Below, in pieces: positions 51,480 through 62,302 of a DNA stretch of 64,000 bases (its first letter is position 1; each line of letters starts with the position of its first letter). This DNA is from Haliotis cracherodii. Its lineage: Eukaryota. The notes under the pieces were generated by a model. That model was not told where the DNA came from. It saw nothing but the letters and a program-made list of their open reading frames with translations, and made no database searches. The translations under genes and the position numbers were made by a program. The stretch covers positions 51,646,001 to 51,710,000 of the forward strand of contig NW_027266330.1 of assembly GCF_022045235.1 (NCBI RefSeq), given 5' to 3'.

Positions 51480-51854
51480 TATATATAAATTATAAACGGG
51501 CCATGTGTCCAGCAAATAAACTTATCACATCACCTTAAACTTCAAATACGCTTTGGGCTTTGTTTCAATGTTCAAATACCTCGATTGACTGTGACAGTGT
51601 AAAGAGAAAGGCCGTATGTGGACAAACCATAGGTTTTGTAGTAGTTTCGCTTCACATTGAAGTGTTTTTCAGTTGTATCACGACTTGACGGCTTGAAGTG
51701 GGAGTGAAGCCCGACTTATTGCACGTCCTGCCGGTTTACACTTAGGCGAAACCCACGAACACGGGTATGGTCCTGACATAGTGAATTTTGGAACTCAAAC
51801 CTTCGAGCAAAGATCCTTAGGGACGCTACTGTCCACAGCGAAATTACATCGTTC

Positions 51855-51887
51855 TTTGACGACAGCTGATCTTTGGACTTTTGTGTT

Positions 51888-51950
<63 letters not shown>

Positions 51951-51997
51951 ACTATCTATCTATTTGACGACAGCTCATCTTTGGACTTTTGTATTTG

Positions 51998-52075
<78 letters not shown>

Positions 52076-52116
52076 ATCTGTATCTTTGACGACAGCTCAT
52101 CTTTGGACTTTTGTAT

Positions 52117-52179
<63 letters not shown>

Positions 52180-52226
52180 GTTTGACGACAGCTCATCTTT
52201 GGACTTTTGTATTTTATCTATCTCCC

Positions 52227-52260
<34 letters not shown>

Positions 52261-52351
52261 ACGACAGTTCATCTATGGACTTTTGTATTCTATCTATCTG
52301 TCTGTCTGTCTCTTTGTATGTTTGACTACAGTTCATCATGGACTTTTGTAT

Positions 52352-52399
<48 letters not shown>

Positions 52400-52446
52400 A
52401 CTATCTATCTATTTGACGACAGCTCATCTTTGGACTTTTGTATTTG

Positions 52447-52480
<34 letters not shown>

Positions 52481-52585
52481 TTGACGACAGCTCATCTTTG
52501 GACTTTTGTATTTGATCTATCTATCTATCTATCTATCTATCTATATCTGTATCTTTGACGACAGCTCATCTTTGGACTTTTGTAT

Positions 52586-52656
<71 letters not shown>

Positions 52657-52749
52657 GTTTGACGACAGCTCATCTTTGGACTTTTGTATTTTATCTATCT
52701 CCCTGTCTGTCTGTCTGTTTGACGACAGTTCATCTTTGGACTTTTGTAT

Positions 52750-52792
<43 letters not shown>

Positions 52793-52960
52793 GTTTGACG
52801 ACAGCTCATCTTTGGACTTTTGTATTTTATCTATCTCCCTGTCTGTCTGTCTGTCTGTTTGACGACAGTTCATCTTTGGACTTTTGTATTCTATCTATCT
52901 GTCTGTCTGTCTGTTTGTATGTTTGACGACAGGTCATCATGGACTTTTGTATTTTATCTA

Positions 52961-53000
<40 letters not shown>
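51855..53000. repeat. Compound minisatellite: ~33-bp anchor (tttgacgacagctcatctttggacttttgtatt) plus variable (TATC)/(TGTC)n, 14 units
   Basis: Counted anchors from ~51858 to ~52925. Confidence 0.95.
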
Positions 53001-53001
<1 letters not shown>

Positions 53002-53076
53002 GTAAATATAAACAGCAAAGCCCTTTAACTTATTAGGAAGATAACGGATCATAATCAGAAGCCTCTACCCTTTCAG

Positions 53077-53474
53077 AATCTGACTACAAATGGAGCGATG
53101 AGTTCGGGTATGGGGCTGCCCACGTGACAGGGGGAATCAAGATGGCGTCGGGAAGATTACAAATATCACATCCTGGCTACTATAACATCTACTCCTTCAT
53201 CACGCTGAAGACGAGATCGGAACTAACCAGCAACCTGAGAGTGAAACATTCAATAAGAAGAATCAGCAAGCATCCAGAACCACATACTGATATTGTGTTA
53301 CAAAGAAGTGCTTCCATGTCCAGAATTAGTGAAACATTCATCAACAGTTATCTAGATGGTGTGATTAAACTCGATGCAAAAGACGAAATATATGTTGACG
53401 TTTCAAATGTAAGTTCTATTTATAAGTATGCACCTTCCAATGTATTTGGTTTACATCTTGTAAGATATATATGA
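53077..53474 (+). CDS. TNF ligand gene 4, exon 3 (TNF homology domain); spliced protein 282 aa
   Basis: ccctttcAG acceptor; YKW...GRLQISHPGYYNIYS...SYLDGVIKLDAKDEIYVDVS...NVFGL. Confidence 0.92.
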
Positions 53475-53634
53475 TATAGGCATAGGGATTAGTTTCATAT
53501 ATATATCCCAATCTCTATATACGAGCTTTATAAGTATGCACCTTCCAATGTATTTGGTTTACATCTTGTAAGATATATATGATATCGGCATAGGGATTAG
53601 TTTCATATATATATCCAAATCTCTATATGCGAGC
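53419..53634 (+). repeat. 108-bp tandem duplication spanning the TNF gene 4 stop codon
   Basis: 53419-53526 vs 53527-53634, 3 mismatches. Confidence 0.95.
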
Positions 53635-55282
53635 TTTAATTTCACAACATGGTTGAAATCTTGATCACCAAAATGTAACTGTAAATCAATGCATGCCGTT
53701 TGTCAAATTCGCTGTGTGTGCCATACCATATGTTACAATGTCCTGCCACGCCCACCCACTCCCGAATTTCGGTAATTACACGTCCCTGCGTATTGTGTAG
53801 GCAGTAATTACGTTTCAAGGTTTGACACTTGTAATGAAATGATATAATTTTCAGGGGACAGCTACAGCTATACAAAAAGTATATAATAAAAAGATATTCC
53901 ATGTGTCGAGTGAAATATCATATTTCTCTCATCGACTGCCGAGGGAGATCATTACTTTTATTACAGGGGGCACAGGTGGCCCAGTCGTCTAAGGCGCCGC
54001 CATTCGCTGTGCAGAGTTGCGTCCCCTGGACACGCCAGAAACCTATGGTTGTGGGTTCGAATCCTGGTTCACCCCGATTATGTTTCTAGGTTTGTCAGCA
54101 CCATACCCGTGCTCGTGGGTTTCACCGAAGTGGTAAACGTCTTAGACCTGCATCAATTGGGGCTTTCCTCCCACATTAAGCTGACACGCCGTTTTATAAC
54201 TGGAATAATGTTAAAAGCGGCGTTAAACCCAACTCACTACTTTTATTACATAAATATGGTAGGTTGTAATTATGATATTTGCATTTTGTTTTCCTTCATT
54301 TGCTGTAGCATTGGACAGATTCATTCCTGTTCCTCTACGTCTTGGTTTGGAAATTCTTCGATGCGCGATAGACGTTTTCACAAGTCTTTTCCTTTGTAAG
54401 CGTGTATATATTACAGTCAATTTGTAAACTGTGATTCTCTCAGGCAATTTATAAAATGTGTAAATATTTCAGTCATTATGACTGAAAAATCTGTCCATTT
54501 CTTTAACAGATTGACTCAAATTGATTAAGACGAGCAAAGGGGCCTAAAAACATCAAAATAGATTATCATGTATGATTAGAAGCCAAACAATGTAAAAATG
54601 TACAGTCTCTTGGTGATGATATTAAACATATAAATGTTTGAAATTCGTTATCATAATAATACAGATGGACATATTTTTCAGTGAATTTGTAAAATAACTG
54701 AATATTCAGGCGTTTAATGAATTTCCTAATTGAACAGTTTGCACACTTTGACTGTAGAAATATAAACACGATAAATAAAGCAATGTTCAGGAGAAATATT
54801 TACTTTGTGTCAAAATAGTGTAAAAGAAAATCGCACAATTACTAAGCAAGTGACTTATCAAAACTTCGTCACCATTACCGATGCTACCTACAAAGATACC
54901 TACATTTCCTTATTATTTCCAAAATTGTATTTCATTATGTTGATCAATGTGACCATACGCTCTTATACTATCAATAAAAGTGACAAATGCGCTTACGAAT
55001 TGCGCAGCACAGGTTGCGAACTAGTCTAGTTAACTGCTATATCATCCGGGTACTCACGGGAAAAACAATAACAAAGGCAACAACCAGTCCCGGGGAATTG
55101 CTTTAGATCAGTGCCCCTTCAGACCCACTTTCACCTCACCCCAAGCACTCTTTCATGAACCATATGAAACGGACGTAAAATATACCTTGCTGGCATACAA
55201 TGTATAGAAAAAGAGATTTTTAAAAACATTGTGGTTTATCAGCGCCTGTGTGGGTTATGTATTCGAGAAGACACGCTTATGA

Positions 55283-55385
55283 GGTTTTGGTAGACAGAGC
55301 ATGCCCTGGGGAGCCCTAAAAACCAAGGGGGCAAGGCCCCCGCAGTTTTTCCCGACCCCCAGGGCATGCTCTGTCTACCAAAACC
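55283..55385. repeat. Perfect 29-bp inverted repeat with a 45-nt spacer containing a GC hairpin
   Basis: ggttttggtagacagagcatgccctgggg (55283-55311) / ccccagggcatgctctgtctaccaaaacc (55357-55385). Confidence 0.92.
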
Positions 55386-57204
55386 GAGGGAAAGTGTTTT
55401 TCCATACTTATAAACCGTCTAAATTGATTAAATGTTATAACGAGCATCTATGAATGAGGCGCTTCATTATAGCGCTTCCTTGAAGACGTGATATCATAAC
55501 TTGCACGTGAAATTCGCTGACTTGCCAGGCGTTCAAGAGCACTTGCATGTGTCAACAACAAAACACAACTAAAATACTTACTTTTAAATGAAAGTGAAAT
55601 CTTCGGTTTCTAAGTGTTTGTGTTGCAATATTCCACTTCTTTAAAACTTTACAAAACTAAAATTCGCAAATCTTTTGAAGGTGTTTTTTGCTTTACAAGA
55701 TTTTCGATTTTAAACAATCCAACTGTTACATAGCGGTAGTTGTGACGTAACGGCTAGCAGTTACTGCACGTGCAAATTGTGCTGCATTGATTAGCTTTTG
55801 TTTAAAAGCAAGTGTTTTGAAACCTCGCTGTCCTTTCACCAGAGACTCTGAAGTGATGCCGCTTTTAAATGTCCACTCGGAACTGTACACATGACATTCA
55901 ATTTTAATTGAATTAAAATTTTGAATTTCTACTTGTTCTCATTTTTTCAGGTACTTGGTTAAACCTGGGATTTGAGGTTTTACATTCAAAGTGAAACCTC
56001 CCGAACGAAAACAAAACCTCATAATAGGTTTTACTTTGAAAGTAAAACCTCACAATAGGTTTTAATGCCTATAGAAAGAACTCTCTTAATTAATAGAGTC
56101 AGAGATCCCAATGAATAGGTTTATAAAAAGGCTCCAAGGTGTATCCTGGGGTGGACCATGCTTTTCCCGATTCCTATGGCAGTGAGTGAGTTGGGTTTTA
56201 ACGCCGCTTTGAACAGTATTCCAGTTATATCACGGCACGGGTTTGCTGCAGAGGACACCTCAGTAAGTCATTCACGTAGCAGCACGTCGAGATACCTTAA
56301 CGTGAAGTACGGCACGTCAAAATGAGCGAAACGATAAAAGTAACGGGAGGGATTTCCGAACATGTTCGTGAACCTGTGGCGATAACAAATGTCATCATGA
56401 ATTAACTGGTTGATAATTGAAAGGTGATGATACAGATAAAATAGATTCTGAGGTAAATTTATAGATTGCTCTGGACTTGTCAGTCTTGACACGGATCGAG
56501 TCCACAGTTTGGATGTGCATTTCTTCGTTTTGTTCACTAGGATGGGTCGTAGCAAGGAAATTCTTGAACGGGGTTTCAGACAAACTCTCTGACTTATCCC
56601 GGTGTATACAGACACGCTGAGTTCAATATTAAAGGGTCCAAATGATCAGAAACAACGTATATGCCTCTGTTTTTATTCGGTTTTCCCCAGGAATGTGGAC
56701 GCAGTCCGTCAGTGTCACATTTCAAGAACATGGCCTCGTGACAAAATGTGTCGTTTATACACTCATGAACGTCAGTTTCGCGGACATGTGACCGACCGAC
56801 CTCTCGTTCAATGGAAAAGCAATATATTGTGTAAATTTCACATTAAAAATTATTTTATGCTGTCCACAATGTGCAAACGCAGCATCACAAAAGGAAAACT
56901 GATTTATCAAAACTGGGCCAAACGTGTGATAACAGCTAAGCGACAGTTCTCAACTCAAATGTAAGAGTTTGCGATCTAAAGGATACAGCTTGTCCATGAT
57001 ATTGTTCTACGTACCCTTTGACAACCTTTGTATAAGATGTTGCAAGTTCAGAATCGATCGGACTGCATGAACCGTATACAAAGATGGATTCCAAGCTGTA
57101 TAGAATTGGGTGGATGCGAGTTTATGACATTTTTCACAGACTTGTCCAGGTGTGTCTAATATACACTAATGACAAAGATAAGTGGACTGATGAAATGACA
57201 GTGC

Positions 57205-57385
57205 AGGTGTGGTGTGAATATCTGGCGTGTCCATCATGTTGGGGATCCTGCCATTCCGCCTGAAGAGCCACCTCAAGCGCTGGGCCAAGTTGGACAGTGC
57301 TTGGTCTCTGGCGTACACACAACGCCCGCTAACATCCCAGTCAGGGGACTTACCGAGCCAGTTCAATATCCGTATGCCTTGTCTT
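57205..57385 (-). mobile_element. Degenerate Tc1 transposase C-terminal fragment
   Basis: Minus frames give ILNWLGKSPD..WD and RPSTVQL..AL..EW, as in Tc1 C-termini. Confidence 0.55.
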
Positions 57386-58285
57386 CGGTGCTGATCAGTG
57401 GCGACATGGGAGAATTGGATGGGGAAGAGAAGAATCGGAAGGGGAAGGAGGGCAGGCAGTTGGCAGTAAACTTACGACCCTTAAGGACCCGTGAAGATTC
57501 CGGGATGGAATAGTCTTCAGCAACCCATACTTGCCGTAAAAGGTGACTATGCTTGTCGTAAAAGGCGACTAACGGGATCGGGTGGTCAGGCTCGCTGACT
57601 TGATTTATGCATGTCATCGATCCCAATTGCGTGGATCGATGCTCATGATATTAATCACTGGATTGTCTGGTCAATTGAACATGTTATTGACGTAGGATAC
57701 GAACATATGTAGGTATAAAGCTTAATGTTTACACCGTTGTCATTGAAGAATGAAAAATCGGACACGTTTCTACAAATACATAACAGATGAGAATGTTAAC
57801 AGTATTTGGCAAAAGACATGTTCATCGCTATTTTAAAAATTGTTGCACATACTAATTATTCTTTTTGATTAACATTACGCCAAATGGAATCGGCGGATAA
57901 TCCAGACTAGTTATTCTCTAGCATTGACATTTTATATTTTATACCCTACTGAGCTCTTCCAAAATAAAAGGTTGTTCTGCATGTTTCTGATACATAAGAA
58001 GATAAGGATAATCTCATCTTTCTTTCAGTGTGAAATATATCAACACGAGTCAATAAAAGCGTGTAATCTATTGGTGTTGACAAGAAACGTGTGTGAGATT
58101 ATTTGTATCTTCCGAAAATAATTGTTCAACGTTTTCATTTTGTAAACAAGGGGTACGTTTTCGCGACTTGTCCAAAGGCGGCAGGTCATAAACTCCGGTC
58201 TCGGGACCGAGAGTTGGTCGCTTCGACCTTGACCGTGGCGCGAAAACGACTTTCACCTTGACCGCAGCGCGAAATTCAAAACAAC

Positions 58286-60282
58286 ATGGCGGATGGAGGA
58301 ATCTGCAGTACTGGGTTGGCTGCGTTGACAGACGCTATCGATGAGCCAAACCAGTTTTTGTTTGATTATTTATTAAGGCCACAATATCGAAGAAGATCGT
58401 CTTTATTATCAAGTGCCTGTCTTCTTGAAATGCAGCCAGACGACCATCCTCATCATGAGGAGTATGCTGAAGTGATTGTCCCCCGATACTCAACTGATGA
58501 TTTCCAATCTCACTTCAGGTTGCACAAGACAAGCTTCGAACAGCTGTGTCAGGTATTACACCAAACAGATCCGAGTATTGTCACTACCTTCTCTGGAGGT
58601 AATACGCCTGTGTCCCTGGAAAAGTCGACTATGATCACGCTTTGGTACCTTGCAAATCAAGATTCCATGAGGACCATCAGCGTTAAATTTGGAGTAGCCA
58701 AGAGCAGTGTCCACTCGGTCGTACACACGGTGAATACAGTGATTGAAAAGATTGCAAAGAAATACATAAACTGGCCTGATGCACAGTTGCATCAATTGCA
58801 TCAGAATTTCAAGACCGTGTAGGATTTCCAGGTAAGTAGACAAGTGGATATCCGGATAATTTTCATAGATAATTGTATTCATTTGTATGATTATTTATAT
58901 TGCTAAACTATCATCTATTGATCATGTTGAAACATGTCACGTATATTTTTGTCGGGTCTTAGACCAGTTCATAATATATAATTGTATAAGTTGTAACAAT
59001 ATACATGATGAATATACTCTGAATTTGTGTCCTTATATATAGGCCTACTTGAAAACCTTTATGTCCCCTTTGACTTTTAGTCCCCCTCCGCTGCATGCTA
59101 ACCTGCACTGTAACATAGCAGTGTGGCGAATAGCATCTGTACAAGTCCATATAAGTCATTAGCCAGGCAACAGGAGGACCTGGGGGGTCAGGTTAGAAGG
59201 AAGTGAGGCAAAGTAGTCTGTTGTAGCCTATAAGTGCACAGACCCGTGCAGATTCCGGGGTAGTATAGGTCTTCAGCAACCCATGCTTGCCGTAAAAGGT
59301 GACTATGCTTGTCCTAAAAGGCGACTAACGGGATCGGGTGGTCAGGCTGCTGACTTGGTTGATGCATGTCATCGATCCCAATTGCGTGGATCGATGCTCG
59401 TGATATCAGTCACTGGATTGTCTGGTCCAGATTCGGTTATTTACAGACCGCCGTCATATAGCTGGAATATTGCTGAGTGCGGCGTTTAACAACAACCTAA
59501 CCAACCAACCAACCAACTATAAGTGTACATTGTAGAGCAGACATATTTTTTATGCTATCAGGAGTCATTGGAGCCATCGATGGTTGCCACATTCCCATTA
59601 AAGCTTCATCAAGTCACCAGGAGGAATACAACAACAGGAAAATGACCCATACAGTCATCTTACAGGCAGTCTGTGACAGCTATCTATCTATCTATCTATC
59701 TCCAAAGTAATGTCTTAGAAATATAGACAAACAAACTGTTTTGTATTCAATCACAATTGTATTTCAATATATTTCAACCTAATTTACAATGAACAAATAA
59801 CAAAATTATGTTAACAATCTATGACCATGTGTCTGTTTGTTTCAGGAGTACCTGGATCAGCCCATGATGCACGTGTTTTCAGCCATTCAAACCTGTCTCA
59901 GTCTATTCAAAGTAATATGGCTCAGCACTTTCCTGATGGAAAGTATCATTTGGTAGGGGATTCTGCATATGCCCTAAAGAAATGGCTGATGGTTCCATAC
60001 AAGGACCATGGTAATTTGAAGATGGCTCATTTGAAACAGTCTCAAATAAGAATTGTACTTGAAATTGCTTTTGGGCATTTGAAAAACAGGTTTCGTAGGT
60101 TAAAGTATATTGATTCCAAAATTCCATGTCTCCTACACAACTTCTGCAAGTACCATGATGATGATGTTCCAGACAGTGTAGAGTCTGATGACAGCTACGG
60201 TGTAGCTACTCCTCAACCCACTGGCAATACCAGCAGTACTGCTGGCTCACAGAAGCATGATGCAATTGCCAATTCCTTATAA
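58286..60282 (+). pseudogene. PIF/Harbinger (HARBI1-like, DDE_Tnp_4) transposase pseudogene with introns
   Basis: Segments 58286-58831 (FRL..LWYLA..FGVAKSSV..GFP, frameshifted near 58820), 59562-59680 (GVIGAIDGCHIPI..YNNRK..LQAVCD) and 59846-60282 (PGSAHDARVF..GDSAY..EIAFGHLKNRFR). Confidence 0.85.
59241..59517 (+). mobile_element. SINE-like family D (~270 bp, no clear tRNA head, (AAAC/AACC)n tail), representative copy
   Basis: Most abundant repeat in the window. Copies at ~2951-3200, 4607-4871, 14700-14947, 15349-15590, 18395-18567, 21107-21371, 22138-22311, 25709-25922, 30515-30720, 31315-31500, 33530-33797, 36950-37395, 39751-40005, 41128-41560, 42200-42438, 42668-42955, 44394-44655, 45870-46053, 47857-48215, 49317-49592, 57486-57672. 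Confidence 0.9.
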
Positions 60283-60657
60283 ATCATAACCTCACATCAG
60301 GTGTAACGGTCAACAAAGTGGTTAATTGACATTCCATCCGCCATTTCAGCTGTAGTCCATATCAGAATACAGATATGTGATTACTAACACATACATGGCT
60401 TAAAACAGCCTGTTACAAATGGGAGTCATGATGACTCACCACATATTTTTTTAATTTTTTTTTTTTTTGGGGGGGGGGGGGGCATTTTCTAAACTCGGGA
60501 GTATATTTCAAAACAATTACTCTCAACAGTGAATAACTTCCAAACTTTATGAAACCTAAGACACATTACTGATAACCATTGACATAACAATTTAAACATA
60601 CATGTAGTCTGTTCTTATATTATATTCAAACTATAGTGTATGATACAAAAGTATCAT

Positions 60658-61055
60658 ACAGAGCATGACAGAGCATGCTAAATTGACTGGTTGAGTACAG
60701 CATGACACAGCATGCTAAATTGACAGGTTGAGTACAGCATGACACAGCATGCCAAATTGACAGGTTGAGTACAGCATGACATAGCATGCTAAATTGACAG
60801 GTTGAGTACAGCATGACACAGCATGCCAAATTGACAGGTCGAGTACAGCATGACACAGCATGCTAAATTGGCAGGTTGAGTACAGCATGACACAGCATGC
60901 TAAATTGACAGGTTGAGTACAGCATGACACAGCATGCCAAATTGACAGGTTGAGTACAGCATGACACAGCATGCTAAATTGACAGGTTGGATACAGCATG
61001 ACACAGCATGCTAAATTGACAGGTTGAGTACAGCATGACACAGCATGCTAAATTG
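60658..61055. repeat. 37-bp tandem minisatellite (~10.5 copies)
   Basis: Unit acagcatgacacagcatgctaaattgacaggttgagt, no spacers. Confidence 0.95.
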
Positions 61056-61104
61056 AGAACAGCCTTACATTAAACTGCATGTAGAGATTGCTGCAGAGCA
61101 TCAA

Positions 61105-62302
61105 ACCGACAAACAAACCGACCCAAACATAGCTAAAACTACCACACTAGCATACATACACGAAAATTGGCCAAATTGGTGTCACATTTACACGGACGGA
61201 TCCTCAGATCCGACCTCCAAACACACAGGTTTCGAAGTCCACACCACACAACCAACTAAAACCACACGATCCTTCCGACTCCCAAACAACCAATCAATAT
61301 TCACGGCAGAACTAATGGGCATTGCCTCAGCCCTCCATAATCAAGAATCCAAAAACCACACAAAAAATCCTAAAATTTACCGACTCCCTAAGTGGACTGC
61401 AAGCCCTCTAAAACAAAAATACCAAAAACCGACCTAAATTAATAAATCAAATACTTAAAAGCTCCAACGACCTAACTAAGGCAGGCAAACAAATAACCTT
61501 CTTGTGGATACCCGCCCACGTAGGAATATACGGTAATGAAAACGCCGATAAAGCACCTAAACTATCCCTCAAAATCCTAGAAATAAGCTCATAATCAGAA
61601 ATTAAAAGCGTAAACAAGCAAAAACTCACAAAACAATGGCATAACCTATATCTAAACTCAAATAGCCAAATCAAAAAAGTGCTCAGCAAACCACTAACCA
61701 AACCAAAAATACTCCGTCCATAAAAAAAAATCGACAGAGTAATCACTAAACTCCAAACAGGACACACCAACCTAATTAACCACCTAAGAAAAATAAAAGA
61801 AACACACTACAGGTGACTGCCCACACTGCAAACAACCAGAAACCCCAGAACACGCACTCATCCACTGCACACACTACCTAACACATCGAACCGCATTACA
61901 AACGACCCTCAATCTAAACAAGGCTCTCACTCTAGAAGCAATACTAAACCCACAAAATAAACTAGAAAACTTCAAGGCCTTAGGAATATTCTTGATAAAA
62001 ACGGAACTAATAAAACGCATATAAAAACACAATAACCTACCAAATCAAAATCACATAAACGAACAAACATCCACCATACCCAGCTCCCTTAGTTCTCCTC
62101 CCCAACCCCATCGGCATCTATTCCAAATCTCAAAATTCCCAAATTCTATATCAGCAACCCCTAAACCCCCCTCTTGGGTTGCACAGATCATTTTCGCCCC
62201 TTTTGCGGAAACACATTAAATGGTCTGGCCAGGCCCGTGTGCGAAATACGCATCAGTTGGAAAGCGCACGTTAAATCTCCAAAGTAAGTAAGTAAGTAAG
62301 TA
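61105..62302 (+). mobile_element. 5'-truncated I/Nimb-group LINE (RNase H, CCHC knuckle, 3' UTR, (GTAA)n tail)
   Basis: Fragmented frames HIYTDGS, SIFTAEL, TDSLS, LWIPAHVGIYGNENAD, KLQTGHT and CPHC..ETPEHALIHC. 8-bp TSD agcatcaa at 61097-61104 and 62303-62310. Confidence 0.88.

Noticed and set aside
51855-53000. CRISPR-like appearance (constant ~33-bp repeat with variable spacers)
   Set aside because: Spacers are only (TATC)/(TGTC) microsatellite, the array lies in a eukaryotic intron, and there are no cas genes.
60658-61055. 37-bp repeats as a CRISPR array or Cys-rich ORFs
   Set aside because: Head-to-tail tandem repeat with no spacers; the ORFs are translation artefacts of the repeat.
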